Part shown: positions 1 through 10,300 of the stretch, piece by piece | How positions within the stretch are numbered: position 1 is the stretch's first letter | Layout: the number at the start of each line of letters is the position of its first letter | The notes under the pieces: model-generated | The model's database searches: none | What the model saw: the letters and a program-made list of their open reading frames with translations, nothing else | What the model was told of the DNA's origin: nothing | Program-made: the position numbers and the translations under genes | DNA from: Planctomycetota bacterium | Lineage (GTDB): Bacteria > Planctomycetota > SZUA-567 > JAFGNG01 | NCBI GenBank assembly: GCA_016927125.1 | Contig: JAFGNG010000028.1 | Location: 1 to 58,952, forward strand | DNA length: 58,952 nt | Direction of reading: 5' to 3'

Positions 1-1362
1 AATGTTAAAGTCGGCAAAGTCTACCTTGCCGCTGCCGTCAATATCACCAGGGATTCGCGCGGTTACATTGATCTTGGCGCCATCGGTCCCGCTTTGGCCG
101 AGAGCATCGGACGCAGTCAGGCTGACATTGTCAGTGCCAACGACCATCTCAAAGAACTGCGCATTACTTTGGTCATTCGGGCTGGTGATAGTGTATTCCG
201 CGCCGCCGTAATTCCAAGACCACTTGTACTGGGTCAAGGGTGAGTACGCGAAGATCGGGGCGCTTCCAGAACCATTAAGCAGAATGGTTTCACCCGGCTT
301 GACGCGCTTATCCGCATCAGGGGTCGCCCCTGCTTCACCCATGTCCGGGCCGGCGTCGGCAGTGATCAAAGCATCATAAGCGTATTCAATAACCAGTTTT
401 GGTGAATGCTCGGGCAAGGTGCCTTCAAACGGCTCGTTGAATGGCCTTATCCAGGTACCATCCGCGCCTTCTTGGCTAAGAATTACTAAAATCAACTCAT
501 AATCATTATCCCAGTAATGTACGCCCATATCGATATGGAAGCCCTGGTTATCATAAACGCCTTCGGCCCAATCACTGACGATGGGGGTAACATCGAGTTC
601 AGCAACTTCGACAAGAACCCAGGGGTTGCCATCCAGCATGACGGCATCAACCATGTCACCATGATCGCCGGCCGTACCTTGGGCGTTGTTGGCAGGATTA
701 CCATCGCGGTGTTCATCTATCGGGGAATTTGCCCAAGCAACCGGGGCCGTGTCATCATACCACCTGTAGACTGCGTTGGTCCTTGGACGAGCTTGATCTC
801 CTACATTATAGGGGGTATCCTGATCAGTCCACATGGTGGCATGGGGGGTAACCATGGATACTTCAACCCATAATTCATTGGGGACACCCTCTTCCCGGTT
901 CGGGTTTGCGCTATAGGCGCTACAGTAGAGGATTAATTTCGCACTTACAATATAGGGCCCGATGCCTTCGTTAATGCCATGTCCGGGTTCGCCAAGCGGT
1001 TCATCCGGGAGGGCTTCCAGCGTGGAGATAATGTCCGGGAAATAAATCAGCGCCGCTGGATACTGGCCAATATCAATGTTGAAGTAATAACGCTGGCGGA
1101 GATTTAGCCGTCCTCGTTGCCCGGTTAGGGCTTTAGGGGTATTTGGGCTTGCTCCGCTGGTTGGGGCCCATTTGCGCAAGCTAATATCCATGCAACCGGT
1201 ATAGCTCTCGTCTAACTCTCCAGTGATGTTGTTGTGATGCTCCTGAAAAGAAAGCTCCATAACTTCACCAACGGGATCAGCAGCGAGCGCTGTCCCAGAA
1301 AAACAAATCGCTATCAAAAAAATGGCTAGCGACGCACCAATTAAACTTGTTCTCATCTTCAT
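1..1362 (-). CDS. Secreted protein, 3'-truncated by the window edge: signal peptide, a ~270-aa beta-rich module shared with the 2567-aa protein, and the start of a dockerin-type C-terminal repeat
   Basis: Absent from the supplied ORF track because it has no stop inside the window. I checked every minus-strand codon in the frame 1-3, 4-6 ... and found no stop from 1362 to 1. ATG at 1362-1360 lies behind GGAGGAGGAG. N-terminus is MKMRTSLIGASLAIFLIAICFSGTALAADPVGE (signal peptide). The last visible residues, ARIPGDIDGSGKVDFADFNI, match the first dockerin-type repeat of the proteins ending at 18558 and 26859. Confidence 0.75.
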   Translation of the reverse strand, partial: MKMRTSLIGASLAIFLIAICFSGTALAADPVGEVMELSFQEHHNNITGELDESYTGCMDISLRKWAPTSGASPNTPKALTGQRGRLNLRQRYYFNIDIGQYPAALIYFPDIISTLEALPDEPLGEPGHGINEGIGPYIVSAKLILYCSAYSANPNREEGVPNELWVEVSMVTPHATMWTDQDTPYNVGDQARPRTNAVYRWYDDTAPVAWANSPIDEHRDGNPANNAQGTAGDHGDMVDAVMLDGNPWVLVEVAELDVTPIVSDWAEGVYDNQGFHIDMGVHYWDNDYELILVILSQEGADGTWIRPFNEPFEGTLPEHSPKLVIEYAYDALITADAGPDMGEAGATPDADKRVKPGETILLNGSGSAPIFAYSPLTQYKWSWNYGGAEYTITSPNDQSNAQFFEMVVGTDNVSLTASDALGQSGTDGAKINVTARIPGDIDGSGKVDFADFNI

Positions 1363-1451
1363 CCCACTCCTCCTCCTGAAAAATTAAAAATCATGATGAA
1401 CTTCGCCTTTTATCTTACAAATGCAATTACTATAACGTATGTTCTAGATTA

Positions 1452-1480
1452 AAGTTACTCTATAAAATTGGCTTTGTCAA
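1452..1480 (-). promoter_or_regulatory. Candidate sigma70-type promoter for the 1-1362 gene
   Basis: Minus strand reads TTGACA (1480-1475), a 17-nt spacer, then TAACTT (1457-1452). The AATTTGACAAA context is shared with upstream regions of the two other dockerin genes. Confidence 0.3.
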
Positions 1481-1685
1481 ATTTGGTTGTATGGGAATTA
1501 TTTCACAGCGAAGATTTTATTTAAGGCGAATGTTTTAAGTCTTTATTTTAAGGCAATTACAATTTTGAGCATCCCAAGGAAGGCATTATTATTTGAGACC
1601 GGGGGGGATGGCATGTCCCATAAAATTAATGTGCTGAGACAATTTCGAGTCCATATGAAACATGCTGTAATCTTGATGGGGCAGT

Positions 1686-1720
1686 CTAAAAAAGAGGCTG
1701 CCGAGGAACTCAAGCCTCTT
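1686..1720 (-). terminator. Intrinsic terminator after the ABC/TolC operon
   Basis: 7-bp stem AAGAGGC/GCCTCTT (1692-1698 and 1714-1720) followed on the minus strand by TTTTTT. It lies ~135 nt downstream of the TolC-family stop at 1856. Confidence 0.55.
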
Positions 1721-1855
1721 AGAGCATAGCCTTCGATAGCGGTTTATCTATGAATTAACAAAAAAGAGAGGTTAGAGTAAATATTCGAACACATCATGAG
1801 GTTTATCAAGAACTTAATCCAGAAGTCAATATGACCTTTCTGATTCGATCAAACC

Positions 1856-3481
1856 CTACTCAATGCCAATCTCTGGCACTTCAGGTTCCCATTCGATCTT
1901 GGCTGCTCCCAATATCGTTCCAGTCGCCTTAGCCAAATCTATCAAAGCAGCCTGATAGTTCGCTAATGCTGTATATTCCGCGCTTTGAGAATCTGCAAAT
2001 TTCGCCTGGGCTTCCAATACATCAGTGGAGGTTCTCATCCCGACTTCAAACTGCCGAAGCTCTGCTTCATACAGCCTGCCATCCAAGATCGCGCTCTGCC
2101 GGTTGGCCAGAATCTGCTGCCAGGAGGTCTCCAGGCCGTCCAAGGCGTCCAGCACTTCCTGTTCGATCACAGTTTCCCGGTCCGCACGAGAGGCCAGTTT
2201 TTGCCTGCGCAAATATAAGGCCTGACGCAAATCGCTTTTCGCAGCTTTATTGCCAAAGGGGAAAAGAAGATTCAGTGAAACCCTGTGATCTTCGTAATTT
2301 TTATCATACAGCATTTCATAAGAATCGCTGCGGCTGGCGCCCAGCGCATTGACTTCATAACCATACTGCAGGCTTAAATCCGGCAAGGTGGCATTGCGCA
2401 GATGCTCGATCTCGCTGAGATTTTTAGCAATCTCCAATTCAAGCTGCAGCATCTCCATCCGGTTGTCAATTGCATACGTCACCAGTTTTTGACTATTGAA
2501 CACATTATGTAAGGGATCCGCATCCGTCTTGGGAAGCAGCGCAGTTGCTCCTTCTATTGGCAGACCCGGCTTGTTCAAAATATATTTTAGGGTCCGTTGG
2601 CTGATGCGAAGATCATTTTCGGCAGCGATAATATTCGAAAGTTGCCCGGCAAGGCCGGCTTGGGCTCGCAAGAGATCCACCTGGGGATTTTGACCTGCAT
2701 CGACAAACCGCTTCGCCCGCTCTAATTGAGCTTGAGCCAGATCATATTGCTGCTTGCGAACCTCCAGGATCTTCCTCTTCTTATAAAGATCCCAATAGGC
2801 TTGATCGGCAGCAGCAATGGTATTGATTATCCCCAGTTTGGTAGCGGCATTGATGCTCTGCTGATCATACTTCGCGACCCGGATACTATACATGAATTCC
2901 CGCCTGCCAGCCCCCTTTAACAAAGGCTGGCTGACCGATAAACTGAAAGGTGTTGTATAAGACGAAGGGGAGGCAACGCCGGTAATGCTCGATTTTTGCT
3001 TAATGTCATCCAGGTTAAAGCTTACCGAACCACCTGTTCGCAAAGGTACCGACACCCCCATATTCATCGAGGTCCCCTCCCCTTTAGTTTCGGCAGAGGA
3101 TAAGCTTGGCGTATCGGTTCGGCTGTGGGTGATCCCGGAGGTAAAGACGACTTCGTACTTGCGGGCTTCTGTTGACTTGACATTTTCCGCTGCAATTGTC
3201 GGAGCCAGCAAACTAACCTTCAATCCCAGGTTGTTCTTCAACGTAATTGCCCGCACCTCTTCCAGGGTCAAAGCAAGTTCAGCAGGGGCTGCGGCCGGTT
3301 CGCCCTCTTCCGGCTTTTTTTCTACCTGCAAATCTTCAAGATTAAATGTCTCGATCTGTGTCAGCTTTTCCTCCGGCACTTCAAAGGAGCGGAATCTGTC
3401 GCTTTCCAGAAGCTTGATGCATCCACATAAAGGCAATACTATCAATCCAACCAACAGTAATTTTTCCAAAGGTTTATTCAT
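1856..3481 (-). CDS. TolC-family outer membrane efflux lipoprotein
   Basis: 541 aa with a lipobox (VLPLCGC). Long, duplicated coiled alpha-helical OEP-type sequence. Overlaps the stop of the upstream permease gene, so it is in the same operon. Confidence 0.85.
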   Translation of the reverse strand: MNKPLEKLLLVGLIVLPLCGCIKLLESDRFRSFEVPEEKLTQIETFNLEDLQVEKKPEEGEPAAAPAELALTLEEVRAITLKNNLGLKVSLLAPTIAAENVKSTEARKYEVVFTSGITHSRTDTPSLSSAETKGEGTSMNMGVSVPLRTGGSVSFNLDDIKQKSSITGVASPSSYTTPFSLSVSQPLLKGAGRREFMYSIRVAKYDQQSINAATKLGIINTIAAADQAYWDLYKKRKILEVRKQQYDLAQAQLERAKRFVDAGQNPQVDLLRAQAGLAGQLSNIIAAENDLRISQRTLKYILNKPGLPIEGATALLPKTDADPLHNVFNSQKLVTYAIDNRMEMLQLELEIAKNLSEIEHLRNATLPDLSLQYGYEVNALGASRSDSYEMLYDKNYEDHRVSLNLLFPFGNKAAKSDLRQALYLRRQKLASRADRETVIEQEVLDALDGLETSWQQILANRQSAILDGRLYEAELRQFEVGMRTSTDVLEAQAKFADSQSAEYTALANYQAALIDLAKATGTILGAAKIEWEPEVPEIGIE

Positions 3482-4742
3482 GTCTTAAGGCCTCGATAGG
3501 ATCAAGTTTGGATGCTTTAATTGCAGGGAACATCCCGAAGAAAATACCCACCCCGGCCGAGAATCCAAACGACATTAAAATTGCCCAACCCGGGATATAT
3601 GCCTGGTCTAATAAGTCAGCATTGGGGATCAGTTGGATTGCCTGGATGATTACATACCCGCCGCCAACTCCCAAGACTCCGCCCACACAACATAACACCA
3701 CCGCTTCGATTAAAAACTGCGTCAAGATGGCTGAGCCCTTTGCTCCTACTGCTTTCCGCAAACCAATCTCTCGGGTTCTCTCAGTAACCGACACCAGCAT
3801 AATATTCATAATCCCGACGCCACCAACCAGCAAGGAGATGCCGACAATCCCGCTTGCCACTGCGGTAATATATGCCGCTAATTCATTAAAACTCTTAAGG
3901 TGTCCTTCGACTGTCGTTACAAAGAAGGAATTTGGATCGCCAGGTTGCAGTCTTCGAGTTTGCCGCAGAAAAAAAGTAATTTCAGCTTTAGCTTCTTCTG
4001 AAATTTCAGGTGACTTGCTCGCTGCAATCACACGGAAAAATTGCTCATGGGCTTTATAACGAGTCATAAATGGGATAATTACTTCAAAGTTCTCTCCCCG
4101 GCCAGTATTGAAAATTCCAGTTGAGGGATTTTCTTTTATGAGCCCCACAATACGATAATTATTATTGTTAACGGTTATGAATTCTCCAATACAGTTTTTG
4201 TTGAGATGCAGTTTATCTCTAAGCAAGGGATCAATCAGGCACACCCGGCGGCCCTGGGTTTCGTCGATTAGCGAAAAGGGCCTTCCCATCAGGATTTCTC
4301 GCGAATTGATATCTATCCACACAGCATCGACAGCATAAATGGTAGCGCTTTCGATAGCATTATCTCCACTGCGTATTGGGGTATTAAACCTCGACTCGCG
4401 GGTTAAGTGTTTAACCGAAGGGCAATGCTCAAGCAGGTCTTCAAAATGTTCAGGCTTGAATCTAATAATATCCCATGAAGCATGCTTTAAAGGGCCGGTG
4501 TTAGGCTTGGTTGGGCTTATATAAATATTACAAATCCCGAAAGTTTCAAAATCACTAACCACCTTGGTCTTCAAACCGGTCAAAGCGGCAATCACCGCAA
4601 TAACGGAGGCAATGCCGATAACGATGCCTACGGTTGTCAATAACGATCGTACCTTATTAGCCCAGATTTGGCTCATCGCCAGGTTCACACTCTGAAAGAT
4701 TAGCCTGATGATACTAATCGGCATCATTAATAAAAATTTCAC
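3474..4742 (-). CDS. ABC transporter permease, MacB/FtsX family with a periplasmic core domain
   Basis: 422 aa: N-terminal TM helix, a ~230-aa periplasmic domain, then three C-terminal TM helices (the FtsX-type motif ERTREIGLRKAVGA). Overlaps the ATPase gene by 4 nt. Confidence 0.85.
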   Translation of the reverse strand: MKFLLMMPISIIRLIFQSVNLAMSQIWANKVRSLLTTVGIVIGIASVIAVIAALTGLKTKVVSDFETFGICNIYISPTKPNTGPLKHASWDIIRFKPEHFEDLLEHCPSVKHLTRESRFNTPIRSGDNAIESATIYAVDAVWIDINSREILMGRPFSLIDETQGRRVCLIDPLLRDKLHLNKNCIGEFITVNNNNYRIVGLIKENPSTGIFNTGRGENFEVIIPFMTRYKAHEQFFRVIAASKSPEISEEAKAEITFFLRQTRRLQPGDPNSFFVTTVEGHLKSFNELAAYITAVASGIVGISLLVGGVGIMNIMLVSVTERTREIGLRKAVGAKGSAILTQFLIEAVVLCCVGGVLGVGGGYVIIQAIQLIPNADLLDQAYIPGWAILMSFGFSAGVGIFFGMFPAIKASKLDPIEALRHE

Positions 4743-5476
4743 AGCCGCTGCCCTCCAAGGCGATATTGGTAGGCGTCGTCCTGCTCCACCGGCAGATCAC
4801 TGATAATTTTGCCGTCGAGCATCCGGATGATGCGCTTGGCGTGGCAAGCCACATCGGACTCATGCGTCACCATAATAATTGTCTGGCCCTGGTTATGAAG
4901 CTCGGTAAATAATGCCAGGATTCCCTTGCTGGTTTTGGAGTCGAGGTTGCCGGTAGGTTCGTCCGCCAGTAAGATATCAGGCTCATTAACCAAAGCTCGG
5001 GCGATTGCCACCCGTTGCTTTTCACCGCCTGACAACTGATTAGGCCGATGCCCGATACGATCACCCAGGCCAACCTGTTCCAAGGCTTTTTTTGCTTTCT
5101 TATGGCGCATAAACCAGCCATTGCGGGCATAGATTAATGGCAGCTCGACATTTTTTAAGGCATTCAGCCGGGGTAGTAATTCAAAAGACTGGAAAACGAA
5201 ACCAATCTTCTCGTTACGGGCATGGGCCAGGGCGGAATTGCTCATCTTGGTGGTATCCTTACCGTCGAGCTCATATGTCCCGCTGGTAGCGCGATCCAAG
5301 CAACCTAACAGATTCATCATGGTGCTCTTGCCTGAGCCGCTATGCCCCATCACCGCGACATATTCGTTCTCGCCGATTTCAGTACTAACCCCGTCCAGGG
5401 CATGAATACTCTCGCTGCCGACCTTATAGGTCCGCTTGATATTATTAAGCTTGATTAACGTTTTGCTATTATTCAC
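4739..5476 (-). CDS. ABC transporter ATP-binding protein (MacB/LolD-type)
   Basis: Walker [13 protein letters not shown] signature [15 protein letters not shown], Walker [14 protein letters not shown]-loop VTHE. Confidence 0.9.
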   Translation of the reverse strand: MNNSKTLIKLNNIKRTYKVGSESIHALDGVSTEIGENEYVAVMGHSGSGKSTMMNLLGCLDRATSGTYELDGKDTTKMSNSALAHARNEKIGFVFQSFELLPRLNALKNVELPLIYARNGWFMRHKKAKKALEQVGLGDRIGHRPNQLSGGEKQRVAIARALVNEPDILLADEPTGNLDSKTSKGILALFTELHNQGQTIIMVTHESDVACHAKRIIRMLDGKIISDLPVEQDDAYQYRLGGQRL

Positions 5477-6863
5477 TTTTTACTTCCTGATCGACTTCTT
5501 CATCATCATTTTCTTCATTTCTATCTTGGTGCTTTTCTTCTTCCTTCTTTTCTTCGGTTTCATCGATAATCTTCTGGTCAGGTTTAATATTGCCAAGCAC
5601 TTTATAAGGCCCAACCACGACAAGATCACCCTCACTGAGACCTGACTTAATTATAATGTGGGTCATATCGCTTTCCCCGATTGTTACCGGCGTAGCAACT
5701 GCCTTGCCGTCAATCATACGATAAACAACCAAAGCATCGGTTTTATTCAAATCAACGTTGGGATTGTCCTGACGAATTTCCAGCGGCAGGTCGTCAACCT
5801 TCATGGAGACCACCGCTTGCGTGGGAATCTTAAGTACATTCTCATGCTTGCAGGTTTCGATATCAACATCGGCAGTCAAACCGGAAAATAACTGGTGCTC
5901 ATCATCAGCGGCAATGATAATCTCAGTCTTGTAGTAGTTTGTCCCTGAAGATGAACGATCTTGCGTAAGGGCAATTTTATCAACCACCCCTTCAAACTCA
6001 TGGCCCCAAAAGGCCTGCACCCTGATCTTTGCCTTCTGTTTCTCTGCCACCTTGCCAATATCCGACTCATCCACCTGCGCCACCAGCAGCATCTGGGAGA
6101 GATCCGCCACCTGCATAATAATTGTCCCGGCATTGTTCATAGTCCCGGTCATAACCATCTCGCCCACTTCCGCATTGATGCGAGTCACAATCCCGTCCAT
6201 GGGTGAAGTAATGGTTGCATAACTCAATGATTCCTTGGCCTGCTCAATTCGCTCTTTCGATGCCTGAAGATTATGTTCCATTACCACCAAACCAAGCTCT
6301 GCTGCCTTCAAACCTTGCTTGGCCGCTTGGTTTTGGCCCTGCTGTTCCTCAAGACGGCAGACAATCTGGTCAAAAGTCGCCTGGCTGATATCCTTGGATT
6401 CTAATAGTTGTTTTTGCCGTTCAAAATCTAACTGCGCTTGCCTGAGAGTTGCTTCATTTGCTTGTAAACTGGCCTTTTGCCTTTCAATATTAGCCTTATC
6501 AACTTCTATTTGCGCCTTTTGTGCTTCATAGCTTGCCTGCGCTGATCGCAAACCGCTTTCCAAATCTTTTGAATCCAGCTTGATCAGCAAATCGCCCTTT
6601 TTGACCTCTTGGCCTTCTTCAAAAGGCAATTCAACTATGCGGGCCGCTACCTTGGCGCTGATCTCAACCTTGCTCTTGGGTTCAATCTGTCCCGGCGCAG
6701 TAATAATTTCAACCAATTCCCCCAGCTTGACAGCTTCCACCCGCACAGGGGTAGGCTTTTCATCCTTCGGATCATTATTGCTCAGCATCCCCTGCACTAC
6801 AAAGGTCCCTACAAGGGTTAAGATTATTACTATCAAAATTGTAGTCTTAAAGTATTTACGCAT
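5469..6863 (-). CDS. Periplasmic adaptor (HlyD/MacA membrane-fusion family) with an acidic C-terminal tail
   Basis: 464 aa: N-terminal TM helix, lipoyl-like and long coiled-coil hairpin segments, beta-barrel region, then a Glu/Asp/Lys-rich tail. RBS AGGTG lies before the ATG. First gene of the minus-strand operon 6863 to 1856. Confidence 0.85.
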   Translation of the reverse strand: MRKYFKTTILIVIILTLVGTFVVQGMLSNNDPKDEKPTPVRVEAVKLGELVEIITAPGQIEPKSKVEISAKVAARIVELPFEEGQEVKKGDLLIKLDSKDLESGLRSAQASYEAQKAQIEVDKANIERQKASLQANEATLRQAQLDFERQKQLLESKDISQATFDQIVCRLEEQQGQNQAAKQGLKAAELGLVVMEHNLQASKERIEQAKESLSYATITSPMDGIVTRINAEVGEMVMTGTMNNAGTIIMQVADLSQMLLVAQVDESDIGKVAEKQKAKIRVQAFWGHEFEGVVDKIALTQDRSSSGTNYYKTEIIIAADDEHQLFSGLTADVDIETCKHENVLKIPTQAVVSMKVDDLPLEIRQDNPNVDLNKTDALVVYRMIDGKAVATPVTIGESDMTHIIIKSGLSEGDLVVVGPYKVLGNIKPDQKIIDETEEKKEEEKHQDRNEENDDEEVDQEVKSE

Positions 6864-7154
6864 GCTAACACCTTTCAGCTATATCCTTGCAGGATAGATT
6901 GCGGACTAAGCTCTGACTTGGACACTGCCATTTGTGTTTATCTTAGACATATATAAAATAACAGCTTAACAATACTGGATATCGTCTATTAAACTTCCTC
7001 CCCCGCTATATATAATGTGCGTATGATTGGAATTATGGATGAAAAATAATAAGTGAAAATGATATAAGCAACCTTTGTTCCAGTTTAATATTTATTATAA
7101 CTCTATTTTTGATAAGTACTTATCTAATTATTATTTTTAATATTTAAGGATTTT

Positions 7155-7200
7155 TTGCCATATGGTAGCAGTTTTTGCTTTGATTTGGCATATCTTGCCA
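7155..7200. promoter_or_regulatory. Two related 16-bp sites 30 bp apart upstream of the ABC-efflux operon (possible operator)
   Basis: TTGCCATATGGTAGCA (7155-7170) and TTGGCATATCTTGCCA (7185-7200). The second contains the inverted repeat TGGCA-N5-TGCCA. Confidence 0.2.
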
Positions 7201-7265
7201 GTGATATATGAAAAAGTTTCCTGCCCTGTGAAGCCTGAAGATTCCTGCGTGCATAACCTAAATTT

Positions 7266-7299
7266 GATAAAGCGCCCACTCCCCCTTGGGCGCTTTATC
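7266..7299 (-). terminator. Perfect 13-bp-stem hairpin downstream of the sigma-fusion gene
   Basis: GATAAAGCGCCCA (7266-7278), an 8-nt loop, then TGGGCGCTTTATC (7287-7299), 70 nt after the stop at 7369. No strong T-tract follows, so terminator function is uncertain. Confidence 0.45.
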
Positions 7300-7368
7300 A
7301 GGAGGCACAATTTTACCTCAACTTAGCAAAGCTGTTAAACGCTCATTGCGCTAATAACCGTATGCTCT

Positions 7369-10300
7369 TTAATCAAACACAAGCCGTCCCAACCGCTTGT
7401 GTTTATGCCAGTCAGCATAAGGCTGATAAGACCAACTGCTTGGCGCTTTATTATCATTGCGGAAAATACGGAAGAAATTAATCCGCCAGCTCTGCAATTG
7501 GTCGGCTTGAGTAAACTCAGCCAGAGGCAACTTGACTTCCGCAGTCCAGTAACCGTCACAGGGTTTGCATATTGCTTGCCAGTCTAACTGGAACGTGTAA
7601 TCTCGTTCTTCTTGCCGCACGTTCTGGTCAAACCGAATGCCAGCGGTATTAAAAGCTAATTGGTAATAGCTACCTTCTGATTCATCTGGTTGGATCATCA
7701 TCGCCAGGATATCGTCTCGTGAATCAAAAAATTCTGGTTCTCCATCTGCAATTGCCTGCAGTTGAGTCGGATCCGGATCGCTGCAGGCAAAAGCTAAATA
7801 GAGGAAAGTATCGTCGTAGAGGGCCTTGACCCCAGTTTCGATAGTGGAGCGTTGCGCCTTGGTTACCTGCCAGCACCTCACTTGGAAGGGCGATTCCTGC
7901 CAGGCTTCTTCATCCAACGCTCCGTCAAGCTCAAGCGGTTCTGTCACTCGTTTGGCAGTTATTGAGGCAAATTCTCCTGCTTTTTGGGTTGCTTCAACCT
8001 TATTCCATTCTAGCGGCAAAGAAAACTCTAACTCAAGGCTTGGTCGCACGTAGGTTGCTACATCGGCAAAGTCCGCCGGCACTTCTACGGGACCGTCATC
8101 ACCGTTATTAGCGTCGGGGATCAAGCGATCGACTATACCGGGATTATCATTATGCACCAGCGCTGACATTAACGCTTCACCTTCCTGGGGGTTCCAGAGA
8201 TTGTACCAGAGAATATTGCCGTTATTGAGAAGGGCCCAGCCACCATTGGGGTGGTTACTCGGCTTGTCTATTAAAATCACGGTATTGGGCTGGAGTTTTT
8301 CCGGCACCTGGGTAATTGGCAGGTATAGGTAATCGCTGTGGAATCCTTCGCCCCCCTCCGCTTGCAGCTGTGTCTTGGTAGGTGAAATAAAAGACTGTGG
8401 ATTGGATAATTCCTGCACCGTGGCCGCCAATTCTTCCAGTGAAGAGGGCATGCGCTGGTGTTGTTCGCGGAAAGAGGATATCCCGCGGTGGATTTGCTTG
8501 AGCTTGTTTTGCTGTTGATTCCGCAATGCTTTTTGCTGCGCCTCCCATTGGTTAATTGACTTAACAACAGTTTGGGTTAACGCCACTGCGGTTTCAGAAA
8601 TAACTTCCGTGGGTAGCTTGACCGCAATCTGTAATTTGCCAGCCTCAACTCCGATGCAACCCGTAACCGGCTGGGTGGAATCCGGCAATTCGCCAAGAGC
8701 CTGGGAGACCATCAGCACCTGGTCGTCCAGCCAACTAAGCGGCAAATCAGCCGCTAATTTCTGCAACGCCGCCGGCTGCTGGCCAAGGAGTTTCATCGTA
8801 TCCAAGAGGTAAATTGCGCCAAAGGCAAGCTGTTTCGTATCAGTAGCTTGTAGCGCTGCTCGGAACTCCTCACGCTGGCCTACTCCTGGGTTCGCTTGCT
8901 CAACCTGGTTAATAAGTTTCGCCAAGCTTGCCACCGCGTCGTCTTCACTCAGCCCGAATCCCTGCTGGTTTATCTCAATCACAAGTCGATCAGTAAACGT
9001 AGTAAGTTGCTGATGTTGCCAGTATTGCTGGAATATTGCCATCTCTGGCGCGGGTGGCACTTCGGCAAATTTAAATGCAAATTTGCTGTAAGGCATACCC
9101 GCAACTTCACCCGCCGCATCATCGAAGGTAGACTCCAGGCTGAAGGGCATGGCAAGCTCCTGGGTTATGTCATTAAACGTATCTGTGAAGTTTGCCAGTT
9201 CCTCCGGTAGAATTTCCTGAAAAGCCTTTGCATCTTTAACTTCGGTAAGATTGGCATTTTTGAATCCTGCGCCAGTAGAGAGTGGCACCACAGCCATACA
9301 GGCCTCTCCCTCTAACAACGATAGCAATTGTGAATGCTCCTCCGGCTCCTCGATTTCAGCTAAGAATATCTGGGGATTATGCGAACCGAAAAATTCTTCC
9401 GCCTTTGCCCGTATCACCTGAATAACCTCCATTACTTCAGGTTTAATGTTGCTGCTAACTGCAGCCACACTGTCTGCTGGCAAGAGCTGCAACAGCGGAT
9501 AGGTTGGCATTTCATTCTCATAAGCTTGCACCAACCGCTCCAACTCGCTCCCCGCTTTGGGCAGGAATTCACCCGTCAATACCAGCTTTTCTTCATTCAT
9601 GCTTACATCGTAACGGATCCCGTTTAGCATCTCGAAAACTTGTCGATTCATAGCCAGCCAGTTCGGCAGCCATTTTCTTATAAACTCTGGATTATTCCCC
9701 TCCGCCATTTGCTCTGGTAGCTCCGCCAAAAAAGTGTCGAGCACCTCGACATTCACCTGCATCAACTTTTCTACATCTATAGTTATTCGCAAGGTAGTGT
9801 CTTCTGGCAATTTCAAGGATTTCCATTTCTTAAGGGTGTCTGCTAAAGCAGGCAATGACTGCCGTTCACCCACGGCGATACAGTTATTTGGCAAACCGGT
9901 TAGGAGTCCAAGCTGTATCGGGGCTGGGTCAATAAAATCAAGATGATAAAAATCAGCCGAAGTGTCGGGGTTCTCAAAATCAACCTTCGGTGAAGTTACT
10001 TGCCAACCATACTGTGCCGCGACCGATAAGGATTCCTCCAGATTACGGATCGGCAGAATCACAGCAAACCTTATATTTGCTGGATCTTCAGGAGCGGGAT
10101 TAAAGAACACCACTTGGATGCCCTGGCTCTGATCAATAAGGCCGGGAGGGGCATTGCCAGGTTCAAAAATCGGCGCTACTTTTTGCAGCCATTGTTCGGT
10201 CATGCCAGGATACATTAATGCCGCTGCCGGTGTGCCTTTGGTGACTGCAATTAAAAACTCTTCCGTATCCTTGATGGAGGTTTCCAATGGCCCGGTATTG

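Noticed and set aside
1487-1729. An 80-aa plus-strand ORF in the intergenic region between the TolC-family gene and the left-edge gene.
   Set aside because: It has no convincing RBS and lies in AT-rich intergenic DNA. Its 3' end is occupied by the minus-strand terminator hairpin (1692-1720), and it has no recognisable family.
7185-7200. TGGCAT-ATCT-TGCCA looked like a sigma-54 -24/-12 promoter (TGGCAC-N5-TTGCA).
   Set aside because: The GG-to-GC spacing is about 2 nt shorter than the consensus on either strand, and no enhancer-binding protein gene is nearby. It is kept only as a possible operator.
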